From positions 14,033 to 78,032 of the forward strand of contig JBPXJO010000034.1 in NCBI GenBank assembly GCA_051715325.1: a stretch of DNA of 64,000 nucleotides, written 5' to 3'. A program made the position numbers and the translations under genes. The notes below the pieces were generated by a model. The model saw only the letters and a list, made by a program, of their open reading frames with translations, was not told the origin of the DNA and made no database searches. Position 1 is the stretch's first letter. The number at the start of each line of letters is the position of its first letter. This DNA is from Alphaproteobacteria bacterium. Lineage in GTDB: Bacteria; Pseudomonadota; Alphaproteobacteria; Micavibrionales; Micavibrionaceae. This document shows positions 50,903 through 60,506 of the stretch, piece by piece.

Positions 50903-51997
50903 CTAACCGGATATTTTTCTGGAATTCCGGTATTCGGATGGCGATTGGCCGACAATATCCTTGAAAACCCGATTGAACGTCGGCACCGAATTAAACCCGA
51001 CCTCTTCGGCGACCAGCGAAATCTGGGCATCCGTCTGCTCCAGAAGCTGAAGAGAATCCTGTACGCGTCTCTCATTGATAATTTGCGGCAAGCTTTTACC
51101 GTAAGCGAGACTTACTATACGGGAGACTCGGGTTTCGGAAACACCGAGCTCGCGCGCCAGAGCTGTTCGGGAAAAATTACCTTCCTGATAGATTTTCTCG
51201 AGATCAAACAAGCTTTGAAGTTTATCGGCCAATCCTTTGTCTTCATTGGAAACTTCAATTGCCGGCTCTTTTTTGTCCAACCGGACGGAAGGCGGGTAAA
51301 TGCGAAAAAGAGACGTCGACGCCAGATAAACCATCCCGCAACCGAGAATATCGCGCACCAGCAAAAAACTGATTCCGTCAATAGCTCCGGAGACGTGAAA
51401 CAAGCCCAGAGAAATTAACGCAAGGTTAATAACAATGAGCGAAATGATAAGCCAATAACGTTCACCTTTGGCCTCACGCTCCTGCCGCAAAAGATTAAGC
51501 GTATCACGCCCGAGCCAGACCGACATCAGCGACAAGGTTCCAAGAAGCGCACCCACGATCCCCATAAATTGCGAACGTTCACCGACATTACACACTGCCG
51601 CCACCGAACAATCCTGATCACCTAGAAAAGCACCCCCGCCCCACCCCAAAAGGAGGCCGAACAGCAAAACCGGAATATTGATCCAGAACAGCGCGCGCGG
51701 AAGAACGCCAAGATCGGCAATCTGCATAATCAGGAGAACCGATAGCGCCGGAATCATCATCCAGATCGCATCACGAACAATAATATGGGCGTAAAAGTTC
51801 GATACGAAACGAGTCGACGCGAAATCAAGGGCAAAGGAAACCAGCAAAAATCCGAAACACAGAACCGGAACAATCACATGTCGCCAATGTCCGGCCCGAA
51901 ACAGGATATAAACAATGACCGCCACACACTGTGTTAGCCCGATGATCGAAAAGAGATCAGAAAAAGACAAGGTCGTATTGGCCAGGGACAGGTTCAT
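50903..51997 (-). CDS. AraC-family transcriptional regulator with N-terminal polytopic membrane domain
   Basis: About 230 aa with 6-7 hydrophobic helices, followed by a C-terminal AraC HTH pair (...GFNSVPTFNRVFKDIVGQSPSEYR). Confidence 0.75.
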   Translation of the reverse strand: MNLSLANTTLSFSDLFSIIGLTQCVAVIVYILFRAGHWRHVIVPVLCFGFLLVSFALDFASTRFVSNFYAHIIVRDAIWMMIPALSVLLIMQIADLGVLPRALFWINIPVLLFGLLLGWGGGAFLGDQDCSVAAVCNVGERSQFMGIVGALLGTLSLMSVWLGRDTLNLLRQEREAKGERYWLIISLIVINLALISLGLFHVSGAIDGISFLLVRDILGCGMVYLASTSLFRIYPPSVRLDKKEPAIEVSNEDKGLADKLQSLFDLEKIYQEGNFSRTALARELGVSETRVSRIVSLAYGKSLPQIINERRVQDSLQLLEQTDAQISLVAEEVGFNSVPTFNRVFKDIVGQSPSEYRNSRKISG

Positions 51998-52728
51998 AAA
52001 CCCTTACATAGTTCATCCTGCTTCTTTTGCACAGGACTTAATATGGTATTACAGAGATAATCGACCATAAAATTGACCTCGGTCGGGTCCATGCCGACCG
52101 TATCATTTTTCAGCATCTCGACAATCATACCGTACGCCATATCTTTCTCGCCCATTTCGGATGCGACAATCGCCTTCATCTGAAGCGGCCAAGCCGGCAT
52201 TCCCGGGCGATAGGTCTCCGCAAGCTCATCCGCAAGCTCTAGTGCCAGCTTGTCATTTTTAAGTTTGTGCTTAGCCAGAAACACAGCCTGCCCGAGCCAG
52301 CGCCATTTATCCTTTTCGGGATACTTTCCGACTTTCCGGAGATACTCGATCACCGGATAGAGCTGCTCGGGGTTTTGGGTCGAACCGAAATAATAACCGG
52401 CCAGCCACGGCGCGTATTCGGACTCGGAATTGAGTTGGTCCGTCATCATCAGCCATTTGCCCACGTTATCATAGTTGTAATCTTTGAGGGCGTGATCGCG
52501 TCCGGTCTCATTACCAAACGCCTGAAGGGCCAAAACACTAGTCCTATAGCCGACTTCGCGATCACCCAGAAAAGCAGCCGCCACCGCCACAGGGCTCGGG
52601 GGCTCGGGAACATTAGCCCAGTTCGGATGCTCGCGAGAAGAATACGTCCAAAGAGCTAATTGTGCGGAAAACGCAACGGCAAACACCAGAACCGGACGAG
52701 ATAACCAGAAAAACGTGGATTGGGCCAT
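51994..52728 (-). CDS. hypothetical protein with N-terminal signal anchor
   Basis: 244-aa ORF overlapping the downstream AraC gene start by 4 nt. No domain recognised. Confidence 0.45.
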   Translation of the reverse strand: MAQSTFFWLSRPVLVFAVAFSAQLALWTYSSREHPNWANVPEPPSPVAVAAAFLGDREVGYRTSVLALQAFGNETGRDHALKDYNYDNVGKWLMMTDQLNSESEYAPWLAGYYFGSTQNPEQLYPVIEYLRKVGKYPEKDKWRWLGQAVFLAKHKLKNDKLALELADELAETYRPGMPAWPLQMKAIVASEMGEKDMAYGMIVEMLKNDTVGMDPTEVNFMVDYLCNTILSPVQKKQDELCKGL

Positions 52729-52746
52729 AGCGATCCCCCCTCCCCG

Positions 52747-53517
52747 CTAAAACTGCTTGCGGCGCAGATCAATAATTGTAGCTGACAAAACGAGCGTCAG
52801 AAAGACGCCGGCCTGCACCACAACAAAGATCCAATCTTGCAAGCGTGGGCCGCCATAAATCAGCCATGAAGTTTGCGCCATCAAATCAAAACGCGGAATA
52901 ATGAGAGAAACAACTTTGGTCACACCGACAACCAGCTTCATGCCGTCCGTGGTCGCCATCGCCGGATGCAAGGCAATCGACAAGAACCCGCCCATCAGCC
53001 GCGAGAGAACATAAAAACCGAGCGTCCCGAGACCAGCCGTCACCGGAGACGTTAACACCATGGAAAAAAAGAACGCCATATTGCAGACAATAACAAATTC
53101 AAACGTTACGCCAAGGCTCCACAGAGCAACCCCGTCTTGCTCGCCATAATGCATGGACAAAAGACCGAGGATCAGCGAAAGAAACGCGCCGCAAATCAAT
53201 CCCAAAAATGTAAAGCCTGCAGCAAGAGAGAGAACAAATCCCCCGCGCGAAACCGGACGGGTCAGCAGGAACTCGATGTCACGGGAATCGTAGGAGCGCC
53301 TTACAAAAAAGACGACAAACAATGATAATCCGATCAAGGCCAGAATGCGCAGACCACCCGCCATATAGGCCACAACAAATTGATCTTGCTCGATCGACGC
53401 CGCAGAGCCGGAGAAAAAGGAAAGACAGGCTCCAAGGACAAAAATGGCGAGGAGACCCCACACCATTTTGTCACGAAGCGCCGCTTTGAGAACGTAGCGT
53501 ATAACGTGTAAGGACAT
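52747..53517 (-). CDS. ABC-2 type transporter permease
   Basis: About 256 aa with 6 TM segments and an ABC-2 (NosY/GldF-like) pattern. Confidence 0.7.
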   Translation of the reverse strand: MSLHVIRYVLKAALRDKMVWGLLAIFVLGACLSFFSGSAASIEQDQFVVAYMAGGLRILALIGLSLFVVFFVRRSYDSRDIEFLLTRPVSRGGFVLSLAAGFTFLGLICGAFLSLILGLLSMHYGEQDGVALWSLGVTFEFVIVCNMAFFFSMVLTSPVTAGLGTLGFYVLSRLMGGFLSIALHPAMATTDGMKLVVGVTKVVSLIIPRFDLMAQTSWLIYGGPRLQDWIFVVVQAGVFLTLVLSATIIDLRRKQF

Positions 53518-53533
53518 CAGACCCTACCGGAAA

Positions 53534-55594
53534 TTAAAGTTTTTCCGGACGACGGTCTTGGCTGAATGTCTTGTACAACTCACGGTCCGTATTATGGATG
53601 CTGTCATTGGCATCATTCAGGATAGTCGCTTTCAGGAAAATCACCAATTCGGATTTTCTTATATTGCCACCCTGATTGCGGAAAAGTCCGCCCAAAATCG
53701 GGATCTCGCCAGCAACCGGAACGCCTTCGCGGTTAGATGTCGACGAGTCTTGCAACAGACCGCCCATAACCATCAGTTGACCGGAACGCATATCGACCAC
53801 CGAGTCAACTTCCTGAACGTTCACAACCGGAATCGGGGACTCGATTGTACCGCCCGATGCAAACGTAACCGACGGATCGTTCACATATTCGGAAATTTTC
53901 GTCACAGTCGGACGCAACTGCATCGCAATGGTGCGTTTATCAAGGTTGATCGAAGGAAGAACGTTAATCAGGACACCTTCCGGAACGGTTTTGATTTCCG
54001 AATCAACATCGGTACTGACGTTGGTGTTGGTTCCATCCGACGTCGTGTCACGCTGGACTTTCAATTCGAAATAAACCTGGTTACGCGCAACGTTCAGCAC
54101 AGCCGATTGGTTATTGATAACGGTCAAACGCGGGCTAGCCAGTGCATGGACTGTCCCAAAGCGCGAGATTGCATCAACAAGAGAGGTAATGCTATCGCCA
54201 CTTACGCTAAACGATATTGCGTTGCTCGATGCGACACCGAAAGCCGGCTTGGCAAAGTTTGCAGACAAACCGATATCGCCAAATGTTTTCAGGAAGTCCC
54301 AGTTGATACCGGTCGCGTATTCATCCGAAAGCGAAACTTCGAGAACTTTTGCTTCGATCAGAACCTGAGCCGTCGACGAGCGTTTCAGTTCGTCAAGATA
54401 CTCGGTTACTTTTTTGTGCAAGCGTTCGTTCGCATAAACCGAGATCAGGCCGGCTTGCTTGTTGATCGAATAGCTCGGAGTAAAGGTAACCGAGTTTTGT
54501 CCGGTTGAGCCGCCCGACAAGCTGGTTGGCAGCGACTCGATACGAAGAGTCGGCGGCTGGTTGGTGACAGGCGCGGTTGGAGCTCCCTCGCTGATGCTGA
54601 CCGGAGCTGGCTGAGCCGATGAAGGCACGGCAGCAGGAGCCGAAGACGGAACCGGCGGCAATGTTGCGTCGGATGGAGGGGTAGCCGTCGCTGTCGCAGA
54701 TGCATCCACGGTCGCCGGCGGGGTCGATGGAACAGAAACAGGGGAGGAAACGTAAACCTCTTCGCCGGCTTGCGGAGTAACCGAAGCCGCGCCCGAAGCC
54801 CCGCCCTCGCCGATAGCGGCCGCATCAATTGGCGGAACCGGAGGAGTGACCGGAGCAGGTGTGCTCACAGCAATTTGCGGATCATCCGACGTTTTCAGGT
54901 AGCTGCCCGAAGCATTCGAATCGAGGATTTGTTTCAGGTTGACATCCAGCTCACCCCAGAAGTCGGCGGTCGAGTCGCTCGAAACCTGGAACTGGGAACC
55001 ACCTTTAACGCCGCCGCTTTCGCCGCCGCTGCTGGCAACGCTCACGTCGGTTTTCATCGAGCTGGTGTTCTTACGGACAAAGCTCAGGTAATCGATTTTA
55101 TAGTTTTTGGTATAAGGGGTATCGAGTTCGATACGCAGGGTGTTTTCATCAAATTTGTAACGAAGACCGGCGATCTCGCAAATGCGGTCGATAACGACAT
55201 CCATCGGCTTGTTGCGTGCGGTGAAAATGATCGAGCCTTGAATACGTGGATCAAGCTCGATATCGAAATCGGATTGTTTAGCCATCTCGAACAGAGCTTC
55301 ACGCAGAGGAATGCTCTGGTTAATCGCGATCGAAACGAGCGGCATTGGAGGAAGTTTCTGGACATCGTCGGCGACGTATGGCTGCAGATCAGGCACGCCC
55401 TCCGCTACCGGAGCATCCCCGAGGCCAGCTTCACGCGGCGACATCATATCGCGGAAATCCTGAAACTCGCTATTGGTCGAGCGGTCCATTTTCGTGTGGT
55501 TATTCGCCAGATCACAACCGGTGGCCGGAAGGAAGACGGTCAGCGCAACGAGGCTGGTTACCGTGCTCTTGAGACAAAAGGGTTTCAGCGCCAT
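53534..55594 (-). CDS. secretin (PilQ/GspD family), lipobox-containing
   Basis: C-terminal secretin domain (GEIPILGGLFRNQ...LVIFLKATIL), N0/N1-like domains, a Ser/Pro/Thr/Ala-rich linker and an N-terminal lipobox LPATGC. Confidence 0.88.
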   Translation of the reverse strand: MALKPFCLKSTVTSLVALTVFLPATGCDLANNHTKMDRSTNSEFQDFRDMMSPREAGLGDAPVAEGVPDLQPYVADDVQKLPPMPLVSIAINQSIPLREALFEMAKQSDFDIELDPRIQGSIIFTARNKPMDVVIDRICEIAGLRYKFDENTLRIELDTPYTKNYKIDYLSFVRKNTSSMKTDVSVASSGGESGGVKGGSQFQVSSDSTADFWGELDVNLKQILDSNASGSYLKTSDDPQIAVSTPAPVTPPVPPIDAAAIGEGGASGAASVTPQAGEEVYVSSPVSVPSTPPATVDASATATATPPSDATLPPVPSSAPAAVPSSAQPAPVSISEGAPTAPVTNQPPTLRIESLPTSLSGGSTGQNSVTFTPSYSINKQAGLISVYANERLHKKVTEYLDELKRSSTAQVLIEAKVLEVSLSDEYATGINWDFLKTFGDIGLSANFAKPAFGVASSNAISFSVSGDSITSLVDAISRFGTVHALASPRLTVINNQSAVLNVARNQVYFELKVQRDTTSDGTNTNVSTDVDSEIKTVPEGVLINVLPSINLDKRTIAMQLRPTVTKISEYVNDPSVTFASGGTIESPIPVVNVQEVDSVVDMRSGQLMVMGGLLQDSSTSNREGVPVAGEIPILGGLFRNQGGNIRKSELVIFLKATILNDANDSIHNTDRELYKTFSQDRRPEKL

Positions 55595-55718
55595 GGTATA
55601 AAAACTCTTCTAGAAAATAAGGTTGTGGTGGGACCGCTGCACGATAGAAAAATGCAACAACGGAACTGATTCTACCTCAATTTTCAGAGAATTACTATAG
55701 CAAGCCGATAAAGAAAAT

Positions 55719-56846
55719 TTATTCGGACATTACGAGCAGCGACGTGTCCATGGACGAGAGCCCTGAACCACCTGCCCCAAGCTTGACTTGCTGCATTTTA
55801 ATTTTCATATCGCCAGGGACATCGCACTGCGCAATAGCCGTCTCTTCGGTGATAACGCCCGATAAATAAAGCGCGAGCAACGACTGGTCGAACGACGCCA
55901 TACCGATATTCTGGTTTGCCTCCATCACATCGCGGATCTTGGAAATCTTGCCTTCCAGAATAAGCTCTTTCACGAGCCCCTGATTGAGCATCACCTCGAG
56001 CGCCACCGTCATACTATTATTGATGGTCGGCACAAGGCGCTGGGAAATGATCCCGCGCAGGTTGGTCGACAGGTTAAGCCGGATCTGCTGGTGCATATCC
56101 TCACTAAACAAGTTCACAATCCGTTCAATGGCTTGGTACGAATTGTTCGTGTGAATGGTTGCCAAACACAAATGTCCGGTTTCGGCAGCGGTAAGGGCCT
56201 GCTCCATCACATCACGGTCACGAATCTCGCCAACCAGAATAACATCGGGACGTTGGCGAAGAGCGTTTTTGAGCGCAATCGCGTAATTCTCTGTATCTAC
56301 ACCGATTTCCCGTTGTGTCACGACGCAGCTTTTGTGCTCGTGATAATATTCGATCGGGTCTTCGATAGTAATGATATGCCCTTGCGTGTGGGAATTCCGG
56401 TAATCGATCATCGACGCCAGAGTGGTCGATTTCCCCGAACCGGTCATACCGGTCACAAGGATCAACCCGCGCTTGAGCATCGAAAGCTGCTTCATGATCG
56501 GCGGCAATCGCAATTCATCAAACGTTGGAATCCGCGAGATAATACGTCGGATCACAAGCGCAGGATTTTGACGCTGCTGAAGGATATTCACGCGGAAACG
56601 TCCATGGCTGCCCATATCGATCGCCGTGTTCAGTTCCATTTTCATTTCAAAATCGCGGCGCTGGCGCGTGGTCAAAATGGTGGAAAGAATATCATTCATC
56701 ATGGTCGTATCGAGCACTTGAGAAGATACAGCCACCAGACGATCATCGACACGCAGAGTAGGAGGAACGCCAACCGTCATATAGAGATCGGTAGCATTCT
56801 GCCGATCCATTTGCAGCAACAGGGAATAAATCAGCGGTTCGCTCAA
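55719..56846 (-). CDS. pilU: PilT-family retraction ATPase (PilU-like paralogue)
   Basis: Walker A GMTGSGKSTT and PilT-family Asp/His boxes. Overlaps the upstream pilT stop by 4 nt. Confidence 0.85.
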   Translation of the reverse strand: MSEPLIYSLLLQMDRQNATDLYMTVGVPPTLRVDDRLVAVSSQVLDTTMMNDILSTILTTRQRRDFEMKMELNTAIDMGSHGRFRVNILQQRQNPALVIRRIISRIPTFDELRLPPIMKQLSMLKRGLILVTGMTGSGKSTTLASMIDYRNSHTQGHIITIEDPIEYYHEHKSCVVTQREIGVDTENYAIALKNALRQRPDVILVGEIRDRDVMEQALTAAETGHLCLATIHTNNSYQAIERIVNLFSEDMHQQIRLNLSTNLRGIISQRLVPTINNSMTVALEVMLNQGLVKELILEGKISKIRDVMEANQNIGMASFDQSLLALYLSGVITEETAIAQCDVPGDMKIKMQQVKLGAGGSGLSSMDTSLLVMSE

Positions 56847-57985
56847 AACGAGTATCCTTCTTCAGAGCCGGCAGCCGACGCATCCGGTTCAGCGGAGCGG
56901 CCTGGAGCCGATTTTTTGGATGTGGAGGAAGTTTCATGCTCACTCCCGCCTTCATCAGTAGCTTTCATCAATGCGGCGCGTGCCTCTTCCTCGTCAATAA
57001 TCCCCTGATCGAGCAAGCTGTTCACGGAATCTTCCATGGTCACCATGCCGTAACGCGATCCGGTCTGGATCATCGAATACATTTGCGGAATCTGGTTTTC
57101 ACGAATGAGGTTACGAACCGCGTTGGTTCCAACCAGAACCTCGAAGGCGGCCACACGGCCTTCCCCGCCCTTACGACGCAGGAGCGACTGGGCGACAACC
57201 CCTTGAAGCGAGCTTGACAGCATCGCACGGATCATTTCCTTATCGCCGGTCGGGAACACGTCGATAATACGGTCGATGGTTTTGGCGGCCGAGCTCGAGT
57301 GAAGGGTTCCGAATACCAAGTGACCGGTTTCAGCAGCGGTCAAAGCCAGAGAAATCGTTTCGTGGTCACGCATCTCCCCCACCAGAATAACGTCAGGGTC
57401 TTCACGGAGAGCGGATTTCAGCGCGCGCGAGAAGCTTTGCGTATCGTTTCCAAGTTCGCGGTGGTTGACCAGCGCTTTTTTGGATGTATGGAAGAATTCA
57501 ACCGGATCCTCAACGGTCAAGATGTGTTTCGGCATCGTCTCGTTAATATGGTTGATCATCGAGGCCAGCGTTGTCGATTTACCCGAACCGGTCGGACCGG
57601 TCACAAGGACGATCCCTTTTTCAAGTTCGGCAAAGCGGCGCATGATCGGCGGAAGATCAAGCTCTTCCATCGATGGAATAACAGACGGAATGGTACGGAA
57701 CACGGCCGCCGCCCCGTTACGGTTGGTGAAAGCGTTCACACGGAAACGGGCTTTCTCGCCAAAAGAAATAGCAAAGTCGAGCTCGAGATTCTTTTCATAC
57801 TCGGCGCGCTGATCGTCAGTCATGATCGAATAGAGCATACCGCGAATGCTCTCATTGCTGAGCGCTTCGGATTTAAGGCGTTTCAACTGGCCATACACAC
57901 GAACAATCGGAGGATTGTTAGCGCTCAAATGCAAATCCGACGCTTTGTTCTGCATCACGAATGCAAGTAGTTGAGTAATATCCAT
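56843..57985 (-). CDS. pilT: twitching motility ATPase PilT (with Ser/Glu-rich C-terminal extension)
   Basis: Walker A GPTGSGKSTT and the strongly PilT-like motif HLVFGTLHSSSAAKTIDRIIDVFP. Confidence 0.9.
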   Translation of the reverse strand: MDITQLLAFVMQNKASDLHLSANNPPIVRVYGQLKRLKSEALSNESIRGMLYSIMTDDQRAEYEKNLELDFAISFGEKARFRVNAFTNRNGAAAVFRTIPSVIPSMEELDLPPIMRRFAELEKGIVLVTGPTGSGKSTTLASMINHINETMPKHILTVEDPVEFFHTSKKALVNHRELGNDTQSFSRALKSALREDPDVILVGEMRDHETISLALTAAETGHLVFGTLHSSSAAKTIDRIIDVFPTGDKEMIRAMLSSSLQGVVAQSLLRRKGGEGRVAAFEVLVGTNAVRNLIRENQIPQMYSMIQTGSRYGMVTMEDSVNSLLDQGIIDEEEARAALMKATDEGGSEHETSSTSKKSAPGRSAEPDASAAGSEEGYSF

Positions 57986-58086
57986 AACGGTCCTCCAGAG
58001 GTTTTAAACCCGCACACTATTTTTACTGACAAATTACAAACGGAAGGTAAATATTTGGCGACTTTCCATCGGGCCTGAAAATATTT

Positions 58087-58596
58087 TTAGACCAGACTCA
58101 AGACTACCATTCCCCCCAACGATAATAAACCCATAACAACCAGAGAACGGGGCACTTTTTGCGGCTCGCGCACAACCGAAACCCCTAGGGCAACGACAAA
58201 AGGAATAAGAAAAGCGAAGACAAGAGACACGGCGAACCGCCCGTCAAGGCAAAAGAAAATCGCCGCCGTCAGCCCCGAGATCAACTCCAGAAGAGGATAA
58301 ATCGCACTGATCGGATTACGACAATATCGGCACTTGCCGCGAAGACCGATCCACGACAGAACCGGAACGAGGTCCATAAAGCCAAGCTGATGATCGCAAT
58401 TCGGGCAACGGGATCGGGCCGCCCCGCCCTGCCGTTCATCGCTTCGGGTAAATTGATTGACGATCCAGCTTTCACCGCGCAAAGCCCGGTAAGATATCGC
58501 CGAGGCAAAACTGCCCATCGACGCCCCGATCCAGAAGAACCAGAAGGACAGCAGCGCCAGACCTAAAGCGTCCACCGGTAGTGTCGACTGAAACAT
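58087..58596 (-). CDS. prepilin peptidase homolog, N-terminal Cys-tetrad domain only (A24 aspartyl-protease motifs absent)
   Basis: PilD-like N-terminus with CPNC...CRYC. The protein ends after about 3 TM helices at 169 aa. No GGGDVKL-type motif. Downstream DNA is the AT-rich pilT promoter, not a peptidase remnant. Confidence 0.65.
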   Translation of the reverse strand: MFQSTLPVDALGLALLSFWFFWIGASMGSFASAISYRALRGESWIVNQFTRSDERQGGAARSRCPNCDHQLGFMDLVPVLSWIGLRGKCRYCRNPISAIYPLLELISGLTAAIFFCLDGRFAVSLVFAFLIPFVVALGVSVVREPQKVPRSLVVMGLLSLGGMVVLSLV

Positions 58597-58620
58597 AAAT
58601 ACCCTACAAACCCGCGGCGA

Positions 58621-60426
58621 CTAGTTTCCGCGAAGGCGGGTCAGGCGATCATAGATCATATCGCGCGACACCGCACTGGCCCCGCTCGAAGTAGCGTCCA
58701 CTTCAAGGGATTTCTCGTAAAAATCAACGGCGCGCGCGTAGTTACCCGCCTTTTCGGAGATAACCGCCAAATTGAAATAATGCTGGGCATTATTCGGCTC
58801 CATCGACGACGCCAGAGAAAGGTAACGATAAGCATCCTCAAGATTGCCGGTGTTGGCATAAGCTACACCAAGCTGCGCGGCAATTGCAGGATTGTCCGGA
58901 TAACGGGCACGAAGGCTAAGCAATTTTTCAAGAGCGACGGCCGGCATTTGCTTGGTCACAAGACCGCTTAAATTCACGACCGCTTCGGCGTTATTCGGAT
59001 TGATCGCCAACAGCTCTTCATAAGTAGAAATCGCGCGATCATTTTCGCCGAGCTTCTGGAAGAGGACGGCGCGCCCCATCAAAACGCGAGGCTCGCGGGG
59101 GTTAAGCGAATAAAGCTCGTCATACATCTGGCGTGCCGCATCATAACGGGCCAACTTCAGCGCGCGATTAGCCGAAACGATCTTGGATTCCAGACTGGTG
59201 GTTTCAATCACAACCTTCTGGTTCATCGAGGACGAGGAATGGGATGGCGATTTAGGTGGCTTCGGCTTCGTTTTCGAATTCGAATTCACGATAATCAGGC
59301 TCTCGGTTTTTCCACGCTTGGGGTCCATAGACGGAGCCGGAAGACGGGACATGATATCACCCGGGGGCGCATCAAAATATTTGGTCGCTTGCTCTTTCTC
59401 TTCGGCAATTTTCATGTCGGCTGCATTTTCGGCCGGAGTGGCCGAACCGTCGGCAGGACCAGAATCAGACACGTTTACTTTGGTCGGATCAACACCCTCA
59501 TCATTAAGAAGGGTCGGACCTTTATCTTCAATAGGCTTAGGCTTGAAAATTTTGGCATTTTCAACTTTTGGAGTCGAAACCACCGGAGCATCGGCTTGAG
59601 GCGGCGCGGCCACCGTTTCGGTTGGTGGAGGCAAAACAGCATCGGACGGCGGAACAGCGGGAGCCGTATCGGCAGGAACAGGAGCAACCGCCTGATCCAC
59701 AGGTGGAGGAACATCATTCGCAGCAATCGGCTGAACAACGTCAGGCGACGGCACAGCAACATCCGCAGGAGTCAACGGAGGAACAGCGGCAGGAGCCGGA
59801 GCATCCGGCGATGGAGCGACATTGGCCTCCACTACAGGAGCGGGAGCCGGAGTTGGAGTTGGAACCGAACCGGAATTGGAGCTCGCATCGGCGATCGGCT
59901 CGGGCTGCGGTGGCATATCAGCTCCGTCAAGCGGCGATGGCGCCGCACCGGTGCCAGCCGAATTCACATCATCCGGAGAAGGCGCAGGAACCGGAGCCGC
60001 ACCTGAATCGGTTGGTGCAGTCGTGGCCGCAACCTCGCCCATCTGGAACGACGGCAAAGTTACATCTTCACCGGCAACACTGCCGGTCAGATTATGTTTT
60101 ATTTTTTCGATAGCGGCAGGATCGCTGAGGTAAAAATACCCCCCTGCTCCGGCAACAGCCAGAAACGCAACAGCCGCGAGCAAACCGGTCGAGGATGATT
60201 TTTTCGGACGCTTGGTCTCGTTCTGGGGAGCGGCAAAAATTCCGTCTTCATCCGAACCGTCATCCAGATCATTAAATCCGGACAAATCATCGGAAGCTGA
60301 ATAGGGTGCGTCGACGATATCGCCATCGGCGGCATCCCGGTTACGGCGTTCGGGCGCGGTCTCGTCGGTCGAGGAATACAAATTCTCGAATTCGTTCGGA
60401 TCGTTAGTGTTGTCGTTGTTAGCCAT
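58621..60426 (-). CDS. TPR-repeat protein with acidic N-terminus, single TM and Pro/Ala-rich linker
   Basis: C-terminal ~250 aa are TPR repeats. Mid-region is PAPAPV-type low complexity. One TM (LLAAVAFLAVAGAGGYFYL). Confidence 0.75.
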   Translation of the reverse strand: MANNDNTNDPNEFENLYSSTDETAPERRNRDAADGDIVDAPYSASDDLSGFNDLDDGSDEDGIFAAPQNETKRPKKSSSTGLLAAVAFLAVAGAGGYFYLSDPAAIEKIKHNLTGSVAGEDVTLPSFQMGEVAATTAPTDSGAAPVPAPSPDDVNSAGTGAAPSPLDGADMPPQPEPIADASSNSGSVPTPTPAPAPVVEANVAPSPDAPAPAAVPPLTPADVAVPSPDVVQPIAANDVPPPVDQAVAPVPADTAPAVPPSDAVLPPPTETVAAPPQADAPVVSTPKVENAKIFKPKPIEDKGPTLLNDEGVDPTKVNVSDSGPADGSATPAENAADMKIAEEKEQATKYFDAPPGDIMSRLPAPSMDPKRGKTESLIIVNSNSKTKPKPPKSPSHSSSSMNQKVVIETTSLESKIVSANRALKLARYDAARQMYDELYSLNPREPRVLMGRAVLFQKLGENDRAISTYEELLAINPNNAEAVVNLSGLVTKQMPAVALEKLLSLRARYPDNPAIAAQLGVAYANTGNLEDAYRYLSLASSMEPNNAQHYFNLAVISEKAGNYARAVDFYEKSLEVDATSSGASAVSRDMIYDRLTRLRGN

Positions 60427-60506
60427 ATCAGATCACCCGGACGGATAAATGGAACAGAAAGAAAAGCGTTCGGGCAGAACACCCGAAGCGCCTTATTGTA
60501 TCGTAT

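Noticed and set aside
54500-54800. Nucleotide-level repetitiveness in the secretin (similarly in the TPR protein at 59400..59900, and nlpD at 19440..19560)
   Set aside because: These correspond to Pro/Ala/Ser/Thr-rich low-complexity linkers (PAPAPV-type) inside genuine ORFs, not independent repeat elements.
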